Part shown: one piece after another, positions 23,823-30,211 of the stretch
Numbering within the stretch: the stretch's first letter is position 1
Layout: each line of letters opens with the position of its first letter
Origin: a virus
Virus record (IMG/VR): IMGVR_UViG_3300009787_000003
Span: 1 to 40,997 of that record
Strand: one strand, 5' to 3'
Length of the DNA stretch: 40,997 nucleotides
Position numbers and translations under genes: made by a program
Notes under the pieces: generated by a model
The model's input: the letters and a program-made list of their open reading frames with translations, nothing else
Database searches by the model: none
What the model was told of the DNA's origin: nothing

Positions 23823-24095
23823 ATGCAAATGATCCCACGTTTCCCCAAAAAGCCTGTTGGCCCCTCTGCCCAGCCTTCCGTCATCAGCTTCATGCACGAT
23901 CCATCCGACAACAGCCTGACTGTCAATTTCCACGGTGGCAGATCCTACCGCTACGACAACGTACACCCCGACCATGCTAGCGGCTTGGCCAAAGCAAAAT
24001 CCAAGGGCGCCTACCTGAACGAACATATCATACCCCACCATACGTTCGTGAAAATCAAAGGAGACCGTACATCGACCAGCGGCGCAGTCGGTTGA
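23823..24095 (+). CDS. KTSC-domain protein
   Basis: ISFMHDPSDNSLTVNFHGGRSYRYDNVHPDHASGLAKAKSKGAYLNEHI fits the KTSC pattern (x-V-x-F-x-G-x-x-Y-x-Y ... S-x-G-x-Y), recalled from memory. GGAG lies upstream of the ATG. Confidence 0.75.
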   Translation: MQMIPRFPKKPVGPSAQPSVISFMHDPSDNSLTVNFHGGRSYRYDNVHPDHASGLAKAKSKGAYLNEHIIPHHTFVKIKGDRTSTSGAVG

Positions 24096-24139
24096 TCGAC
24101 CATTCATATTCTGTCCCGTCTTGGTACAGTAAAATTCGT

Positions 24140-24168
24140 TTGACGATTGGGCTTGGCATCCATATTCT
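24140..24168 (+). promoter_or_regulatory. rightward promoter candidate, TTGACG-N17-TATTCT
   Basis: TTGACG attgggcttggcatcca TATTCT. It lies in the gap upstream of the gp49-like gene. Confidence 0.45.
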
Positions 24169-24181
24169 ATTCGGACGCTTA

Positions 24182-24255
24182 CGCTGGCAGACCGGCAAAC
24201 TGCGTCATAAATCGGCCGCTCGCCGGTGACATGGAAAGTTTTCAATAGTCTGCCA
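24182..24255 (+). promoter_or_regulatory. conserved 5'-leader stem-loop, copy 3 (expanded loop)
   Basis: CGCTGGCAGACCGG ... 55 nt ... AATAGTCTGCCA has the same arms and flanks as copies 1 and 2. The 3' arm ends 23 nt before the ATG at 24279, the same spacing as copy 1. Confidence 0.5.
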
Positions 24256-24278
24256 CACCTTCGCCCGGAGAAAACACC

Positions 24279-25115
24279 ATGACCGTGGAAGCACAAAAAC
24301 TGACGCTGGACGATATCCAGTCAAAAATCGAAAGCGCGATTTACCTGCAACCGACCGGCACTTTGACGATCGCCATCCTGACGCTGACGAACGGCTATAC
24401 CGTGACGGGCGAAAGCGCGTGCCTCAACCCCGCCGACTTCGACGCCGACATGGGTAAGAAAATTGCCTACGAAAACGCCGAAAAGAAAATTTGGATGCTC
24501 GAAGGCTATCTCCGCAAGGAAGCCGCGTTCCAGTCCAGCCAGCCCAACGCGGACGAAACACCTGCGCCGTTGCCGGTTTCCGGCAAAAGCACTGAAAGTG
24601 TTTCGTCAGCAGGACAAACCACGGTCTCCGTCGATCTGCCGACAGTCGCCGTACCGCCGCATGACGACATGGTGCCCTACCTTGGCGTCAAAATCGTGAA
24701 CGCCAAGCCGATGCCGCGTGGCATCTATGCCCAATTGCGTGGCTGGGATCTCCCGACCGACGAAGATCCTGCCGACGCGGGCTATCTGGTCGAATACACC
24801 GACGCCCAGCGCCCCAACGTGTCCGGGTTCGCGGGTTATGTGTCCTGGTCGCCTGCCGACGTGTTCATGGCTGCATACAATCCTCTGCCTGCCCCTGCGC
24901 CCCAGGCCGACACGGGAAACGTGTCCGTTTCGACTGGATCAACGCCCGCTGCTTCCAATGGCCCAACCGCTGGTGGCGTTGACTTGGGAAACGCTCAATC
25001 TGTTGGTGGTGCTGGCACCCCGACGCCCCCCACATCGGGTTCGACGGACGCAATTTCTGCTCCGACTGCCTCGCCCTCATCCACGATTGACAGCGGCACC
25101 ACAACCGGCGCATAA
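24279..25115 (+). CDS. N4 gp49 / Sf6 gp66-like family protein with Ser/Thr/Pro/Gly-rich tail
   Basis: TIAILTLTNGYTVTGESACLNPADFDADMGKKIAYENAEKKIWMLEGY matches my recollection of the gp49/gp66 family. A second conserved block is KPMPRGIYAQLRGWDLPTDEDPADAGYLVEY...YVSWSPADVF. Confidence 0.75.
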   Translation: MTVEAQKLTLDDIQSKIESAIYLQPTGTLTIAILTLTNGYTVTGESACLNPADFDADMGKKIAYENAEKKIWMLEGYLRKEAAFQSSQPNADETPAPLPVSGKSTESVSSAGQTTVSVDLPTVAVPPHDDMVPYLGVKIVNAKPMPRGIYAQLRGWDLPTDEDPADAGYLVEYTDAQRPNVSGFAGYVSWSPADVFMAAYNPLPAPAPQADTGNVSVSTGSTPAASNGPTAGGVDLGNAQSVGGAGTPTPPTSGSTDAISAPTASPSSTIDSGTTTGA

Positions 25116-25141
25116 CGCTGATCCTCCCCCAAGGCGAAAGG

Positions 25142-25178
25142 CCCGGTTTCATTGTTCCACAATGGGACCGGGTTTTTT
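25142..25178 (+). terminator. rho-independent terminator candidate
   Basis: cccggtttcattg-ttcca-caatgggaccggg followed by tttttt. Confidence 0.6.
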
Positions 25179-25231
25179 GTTGCCTGCGATCGGAGCCGTT
25201 GATACTGTTGATAGTGAAATTGGAGGGAATA

Positions 25232-25408
25232 ATGAGCGACGTTGAATATGTCCCAGCACGGGTGAAAGAAATCAAGGCAAAGATCGCAGCCCGCGAGGGC
25301 AAGTCCGAATATAAGGAAAATGTAAAATTTCTGAAAGCGGAATTGGCGCGCATTACAAACACGCCGCTAAATTCCACGGACACGGCCAACGTCCACGGTG
25401 CAGAATGA
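25232..25408 (+). CDS. 58-aa hypothetical protein
   Basis: The start MSDVEYVPARVKEIK is preceded by TGGAGGGAATA. The stop overlaps the next ATG (ATGA). Confidence 0.55.
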   Translation: MSDVEYVPARVKEIKAKIAAREGKSEYKENVKFLKAELARITNTPLNSTDTANVHGAE

Positions 25409-26202
25409 AACAACTAGGCAATACGCGAAAAGCCTACGCCTCAAAAGGCGACGATGCTACATTGACCCGATGGATTAAAGTCAATCACGCACGCGACAAA
25501 CCCAATCACGGCAAAGCTGGACCGCCGCGCGCAGACATGGCTTATATTCAACAAGGGCGCACAAAATTTCCATCCCGCGTGCTGCGGCCTGATCAGATGA
25601 AATCTATTCTTGTATCCGGTCACAGCAACGTAAAAATTGGCCGTGATGTTCGCAAAGGCAAGCTGAAAGGTTACTGGATCTATACGCTGTCGCTCGAAGA
25701 ACGCAAAACCTGTCCGCGCACCTGTCGCCATTGGGTTTCGTGCTATGGATCGTCAATGCCGTTCGCCAAGCGCGTCGATCACACCGACCCAACATTCTTG
25801 CCGCGCCTTGAAGCCGAAATAAAAGATCTGTGCCGTAAAAGATACGGCGTGTTGATCCGGCTTCATGCCCTTGGCGATTTCTATGACAGCGCGTACGTGG
25901 CATTTTGGGATAGAATGCTGCGCGAGCATAAAAACCTTTCCATATTCGGCTATACTGCTTGGGGTAACAAAACAACGATCGGCTGGACCTTGCATATGTT
26001 GCGTTCTGAATGGGGAACGCGCGCCATGATCCGACATAGCGACGCGCCGTATTCGACAAACTCGACAATCGGGATCAGTGATGTTACGTCGTGCCCGAAA
26101 GACAGCTTTGTTTGTCCGGAACAGACCGGCAAGACGCGATGCTGTGCAACCTGCGGCCTGTGTTGGACAACAAAAAAGCGCGTGGCCTTTTTGGAGCATT
26201 GA
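25405..26202 (+). CDS. Cys-rich protein, possible metal/Fe-S binding (GP88-like family, from memory)
   Basis: 265 aa with RKTCPRTCRHWVSCYG (C-x3-C-x5-C) and C-terminal CPEQTGKTRCCATCGLCW. The family assignment is unverified. Confidence 0.65.
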   Translation: MKQLGNTRKAYASKGDDATLTRWIKVNHARDKPNHGKAGPPRADMAYIQQGRTKFPSRVLRPDQMKSILVSGHSNVKIGRDVRKGKLKGYWIYTLSLEERKTCPRTCRHWVSCYGSSMPFAKRVDHTDPTFLPRLEAEIKDLCRKRYGVLIRLHALGDFYDSAYVAFWDRMLREHKNLSIFGYTAWGNKTTIGWTLHMLRSEWGTRAMIRHSDAPYSTNSTIGISDVTSCPKDSFVCPEQTGKTRCCATCGLCWTTKKRVAFLEH

Positions 26203-26204
26203 TC

Positions 26205-26474
26205 ATGGCAAAGGCATTTGGCGGTGGGAGCTTCGGCAAGGCACCCAAGGTTAGCGGCAAAGTCGGCTCCGGCGTTCCAGGAGACTTTTCACGGGCACGC
26301 ATGACCGAGAGCCAAGGGCAGAAAGTCGCCAACGCTCCAGGGACGCCCATTGCCGCGTCCAAAACCCCATCACCCGGCAACGTGTCCGTCGCAACCGGCG
26401 ACAACATGGTGATGCCGGTTGACCATCCCAGCGCACAGACGACGCGCCGGGTTACAAAGGGAGGCACGTTGTGA
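26205..26474 (+). CDS. 89-aa Gly/Pro/Lys-rich hypothetical protein
   Basis: The start MAKAFGGGSFGK lies 2 nt after the previous stop. Confidence 0.55.
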   Translation: MAKAFGGGSFGKAPKVSGKVGSGVPGDFSRARMTESQGQKVANAPGTPIAASKTPSPGNVSVATGDNMVMPVDHPSAQTTRRVTKGGTL

Positions 26475-26593
26475 AGAAACCTGTCAAAAAGAAAATGGCG
26501 AAAAAGCCCGAAGCCAAAAAGGCTGCAAAAAAGATGATGCCCAGCATGGGCACCAAACAGGACGGGAAGAAAACGCCTCCGGGAGGCTGGTAA
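26471..26593 (+). CDS. 40-aa Lys-rich micro-protein
   Basis: Below the track cutoff. The GTG overlaps the previous stop (GTGA). Translation: MKKPVKKKMAKKPEAKKAAKKMMPSMGTKQDGKKTPPGGW (14 Lys). An alternative ATG lies at codon 9. Confidence 0.4.
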   Translation: MKKPVKKKMAKKPEAKKAAKKMMPSMGTKQDGKKTPPGGW

Positions 26594-26594
26594 A

Positions 26595-26786
26595 ATGGCC
26601 AAGACACCCAAAAAAGGCGCAACCAAGAAAACCGGCAAATTCGACGGCAAATCGAACAAGCTGGGGCACGGCGGGCGCGCTGCGCAGCTTCGGGCCAAGG
26701 GTGTTCCGGGCGCTGTGATTGGGGCCATTGCGCGGTCCAAAGGGGCCGCTCCAGGCGGTCCAAATTACCATGGCAAACGGAAATAA
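26595..26786 (+). CDS. 63-aa basic protein
   Basis: MAKTPKKGATKKTGKFDGKSNKLGHGGRAAQLRAKGVPGAVIGAIARSKG..., with GGGAGG upstream. Confidence 0.6.
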   Translation: MAKTPKKGATKKTGKFDGKSNKLGHGGRAAQLRAKGVPGAVIGAIARSKGAAPGGPNYHGKRK

Positions 26787-26794
26787 TCTGTGGC

Positions 26795-27154
26795 ATGGAA
26801 GGCGCTATGTCAGATGATACGCGCCTTCCAGTTGTTCGAGCGATCCAGGGCTTGCCCGCGATCAGCGCAGAACAATACCAGCATGTCGGTCGCTACGCGG
26901 GGGCGGCTGTCATGCACTGTTTTGAGGCGATCGGCGGTGCAGAGCGCATGCGGGCTTGGGCCGATGGCAATCCGACAGATTTTTTCACCAAGCTATTCCC
27001 CAAAATGATTTCGCGCTCGCAGCAAGTGGACATTTCCGCAACGCTGTCGATCGATGATGCAATCGAACGGCTGGAACGCCAAAATTTGATCCAGGCCGCA
27101 GATTACACCGAAGTCATGCCGGGCGTGCAAGATGCGGAATTTTATGATTTGTAA
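26795..27154 (+). CDS. hypothetical protein; positional candidate for the small terminase subunit
   Basis: 119-aa ORF upstream of the large terminase. No diagnostic motif. An alternative start at 26807 is preceded by GGAAGG. It ends in FYDL. Confidence 0.45.
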   Translation: MEGAMSDDTRLPVVRAIQGLPAISAEQYQHVGRYAGAAVMHCFEAIGGAERMRAWADGNPTDFFTKLFPKMISRSQQVDISATLSIDDAIERLERQNLIQAADYTEVMPGVQDAEFYDL

Positions 27155-27175
27155 CCGCTGGACGGAGAACCCGGC

Positions 27176-27397
27176 ATGTATATTTCACCACACGGGAAAG
27201 CTGCGGGGCTTTCCGAACGCCTATTGAAATTCGCTGATACGTTATCGAAAAATAAATCGTATCCATGGCTCGGTACCGGCATCATAGACGACTTGCGAGC
27301 GGCAGCAGCCGTGATCGACGGTCGCGCCGTCCCGCCAACGATGTTGGAAGAAATGGAAGCCGAACAGCCCAGCTTGAAATTGGAGTACGACCTATGA
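27176..27397 (+). CDS. 73-aa hypothetical protein
   Basis: GGAGAA lies upstream. It ends in EYDL, with the stop overlapping the next ATG. Confidence 0.6.
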   Translation: MYISPHGKAAGLSERLLKFADTLSKNKSYPWLGTGIIDDLRAAAAVIDGRAVPPTMLEEMEAEQPSLKLEYDL

Positions 27398-27576
27398 GCG
27401 TGAAACGCGATATGGCGAAGCGCTTGGGGATTGATCTCCAGCTTTTGCACACCCGGCTTGCTGAAGCTCAAACTGCCGACGAGATCACAGAAGCGTCTGT
27501 GATGCTCGGTTGTCGTTTCAACGAGGAAATTGAATTTATTATCTCAGTTCTCAAACAGTTTGGTGGACTGCAATAA
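27394..27576 (+). CDS. 60-aa hypothetical protein
   Basis: Internal ATG MSVKRDMAKRLG of the 27265-27576 ORF, coupled by ATGA to the upstream gene. The stop overlaps the next ATG (TAATG). Confidence 0.55.
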   Translation: MSVKRDMAKRLGIDLQLLHTRLAEAQTADEITEASVMLGCRFNEEIEFIISVLKQFGGLQ

Positions 27577-27995
27577 TGGGAAAGCATCGCATTTGGCGTC
27601 ATAGTCCGTCACAGACAATGGAAACATACGGTACGTGGGCAAATATGCGGTATCGGTGTTTTGATGTCGCACACCCTCAATTTTCTGAATATGGCGGTCG
27701 CGGAATTACGATCTGTGACCGATGGGCCGATGACTATGATGCTTTCTATGACGATATGGGGCCGCGACCGGCTGAGATGACCCTCGATCGCATCGACAAT
27801 GACGGAAATTATGAACCGGGAAATTGCCGTTGGGCAACACCAGCGCAACAAGTGCGAAACACCCGACGCAATCGGGAATTATGCTACAAGGATCTCGCAC
27901 GGTCGCACGGCGTCAGTTATCCGACATTGATGAATCGCAAGCGTGCCGGAACAAATTTGACGGCTCCCGTTCGGCAATACAACCGGAAAAATTGA
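27576..27995 (+). CDS. HNH-like endonuclease (paralogue of 29747-30208)
   Basis: TWANMRYRCFDVAHPQFSEYGGRGITICDRW...TLDRIDNDGNYEPGNCRWATPAQQVRNTRRNR is the common phage HNH-like pattern, with Arg where the first His usually sits. Confidence 0.8.
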   Translation: MGKHRIWRHSPSQTMETYGTWANMRYRCFDVAHPQFSEYGGRGITICDRWADDYDAFYDDMGPRPAEMTLDRIDNDGNYEPGNCRWATPAQQVRNTRRNRELCYKDLARSHGVSYPTLMNRKRAGTNLTAPVRQYNRKN

Positions 27996-27998
27996 GCC

Positions 27999-29759
27999 GT
28001 GGCTTTTAACCTGCAACAGATCGCGACCGACGCCGGGCTTTCGATTGACGAAGTGCGCGCCCGCTACATGGTTTTGACCGTGGCGCGTTGGAAAAGTAAT
28101 TTCCGGTTGTTCGCACGGCAGGCGATCAAGATCCGCACCAAGGAAGGCGACCTTGCGCCGCTGGAATTGAACGAGGCGCAGCTAATTTTGCTTGCCGCTG
28201 CGGAAGCTCAATTGAAAACCGAACGGTGGGTACGTCTCGCCGGTTTGAAGGGTCGTCGCCAAGGATTTAGCACGCTTGTTGCGGCGATTGGTTATTGGCG
28301 CGCAACGCTGTGGGATCGGCAAAATATTTATATTCTTTCCCACGAAATGACCGCATCAAGCAAATTGTTCGACATGGTTGCGTTGATGCAGGAAAAGCAT
28401 CCGTTCCCTCCAAAGGTGGGCACCGACAACGCAAAAGAATTGGAATTCCCCAAGCGCGGCTCCAGTTACACGGTTGCGACTGCCGGACAAAAGGCCGGTG
28501 GACGCGGCGGCGGTGTTTCATTCTTCCACGGCTCCGAAGTCGCATGGTGGACCAACGCGCCAGATCACTTTTCAGCGTCCGTCCAAGCCGTTGACGAAGT
28601 GCGGGGGCAATGGGGTGTGCTGTGGACTGAACCACGCGACGCGCTACCCTTTGAACAAGGCGTTGGCACGATCGAGGGATGGGTTAAGCCCCCGTCCGAA
28701 ATTTGGTTGGAAACCACGTCGGCGGGCCCGATGGGGGAATTTTACAAGCGCTACATGGATGCCATGAAATTGATCGGGCGCTATCGCGCCGTGTTCGTTC
28801 CTTGGACCGTGCAAAGCGAATATGTGGAATATGGCGACTTCACGCCGCTGCAAGAGGCAGAGGAAGAAGGTGAGCTTTCCGAAGCCGAATACCAAGAATT
28901 GCATGGGCTATCGAACGAACAGATGCTTTGGCGTCGTTCGAAAATTCACGAATTGGGATCGGAAGGAAAATTCCGGCAGGAATACCCGATCGATGTTGTC
29001 GAAGCATTTTCGTCGGTGGACGTGGACAGCTACGTCAAGCCCGCGATCGTGCTGCGCGCTCGCAAACGGAATTTTCCAGATCCCGACGCGCCGCTTATCA
29101 TGGGCGTTGATCCGGCTGGCGGCGGCGGCGACCGGTTCGCGGTCGCGTTCCGGCGCGGCGACAAAATTATCAAGATCCTGTCGCGCACGAAGCTGGAGCA
29201 TGACGACGCGGTTGCTTGGATCTCGACGCTAATTGACGAATGGCATCCGAACCGGGTTTGCATTGATCGCGGTTCAATGGGCGCGGCGATCGTGTCGGCA
29301 CTGCGCAACATGAACAAAACCTATTTTGATTTAATTCGAGGAATAGACTTTGGGGCAACATCCAAATTCAAGAAAGCTGCACCTAAACGTGCTGGACCGT
29401 GGAACGCACGTGCTGAAATGTACGAGCGTTTTCGTACTTGGCTAGTCGAAGGTGGCGCAATTCCTGACGATGACGATCTTGCAACCGATATTGTCGGTCC
29501 CAAAATTAAATTTAGGGCAAATAATGATTGGTTGCTTGAAAGCAAAACAGACATGAAGGCGCGCGGACTTCGATCTTCTGATTTGTCAGACGCTTGTGCT
29601 TTAACTTTTGCCGTGCAAGAATTTTTTGAGACTTGGGGCAAACCTGTTAACGACCGTGGATGGGAAGTCGGAGAAACCCGGCGAATTAACCAAAGCATTT
29701 TTGAGGATCGAGATATCTTCGAAGGTGACCACGGCGGCGATACATCATGGATGGCGTGA
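27999..29759 (+). CDS. terL: terminase large subunit
   Basis: 586 aa with a GTG start. ATPase P-loop-like LKGRRQGFSTLV, and nuclease-domain IMGVDPAGGGGDRFAVAF. It sits directly upstream of the portal gene. Confidence 0.88.
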   Translation: MAFNLQQIATDAGLSIDEVRARYMVLTVARWKSNFRLFARQAIKIRTKEGDLAPLELNEAQLILLAAAEAQLKTERWVRLAGLKGRRQGFSTLVAAIGYWRATLWDRQNIYILSHEMTASSKLFDMVALMQEKHPFPPKVGTDNAKELEFPKRGSSYTVATAGQKAGGRGGGVSFFHGSEVAWWTNAPDHFSASVQAVDEVRGQWGVLWTEPRDALPFEQGVGTIEGWVKPPSEIWLETTSAGPMGEFYKRYMDAMKLIGRYRAVFVPWTVQSEYVEYGDFTPLQEAEEEGELSEAEYQELHGLSNEQMLWRRSKIHELGSEGKFRQEYPIDVVEAFSSVDVDSYVKPAIVLRARKRNFPDPDAPLIMGVDPAGGGGDRFAVAFRRGDKIIKILSRTKLEHDDAVAWISTLIDEWHPNRVCIDRGSMGAAIVSALRNMNKTYFDLIRGIDFGATSKFKKAAPKRAGPWNARAEMYERFRTWLVEGGAIPDDDDLATDIVGPKIKFRANNDWLLESKTDMKARGLRSSDLSDACALTFAVQEFFETWGKPVNDRGWEVGETRRINQSIFEDRDIFEGDHGGDTSWMA

Positions 29760-30208
29760 TTATGGCACCGGCACCGAAATGGCAAAACCCGACGCAAACA
29801 CCTACCTATTGGTCATGGAAGGATATGCGGTCACGTTGCTATAATCCAAAGAACAAGCACTATACAAACTATGGCGGGCGTGGGATTAAAGTATGTGATA
29901 GATGGCTAAATAGTTATGACAATTTTGTCGAAGATATGGATTTTCGGCAATCTTGGGAAACTATTGAGCGTTTGGATAGCAACGGTGATTATCATTTTGA
30001 CAATTGTGTTTGGGCCGCACGGTCGGTTCAAAACCGAAATACGCGCAGCAATCGCTACCTTGAACATGGTGGCAACCGCATGCTACTGACGGATTGGGCC
30101 ATACATTTGGATATTTCGATCTCGACCTTGCACGAAAGGTTGACGAAGGATTATACCCAAGACCAGATTTTTCATAAGGGGCCGCTGACGCTGGCCAGGA
30201 TGGGGTGA
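29747..30208 (+). CDS. HNH-like endonuclease (paralogue of 27576-27995), AT-rich
   Basis: SWKDMRSRCYNPKNKHYTNYGGRGIKVCDRW...TIERLDSNGDYHFDNCVWAARSVQNRNTRSNR. It overlaps the terL 3' end by 13 nt. Confidence 0.8.
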   Translation: MDGVIMAPAPKWQNPTQTPTYWSWKDMRSRCYNPKNKHYTNYGGRGIKVCDRWLNSYDNFVEDMDFRQSWETIERLDSNGDYHFDNCVWAARSVQNRNTRSNRYLEHGGNRMLLTDWAIHLDISISTLHERLTKDYTQDQIFHKGPLTLARMG

Positions 30209-30211
30209 TTT

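Noticed and set aside
25405-26202. Calling the Cys-rich protein a radical SAM enzyme.
   Set aside because: The cluster spacing is C-x3-C-x5-C rather than the canonical C-x3-C-x2-C, and I recognise no SAM-binding motifs.
26795-27154. Confident small-terminase annotation.
   Set aside because: The evidence is position and size only, and two small ORFs and an HNH gene separate it from terL. It is reported as a low-confidence positional candidate.
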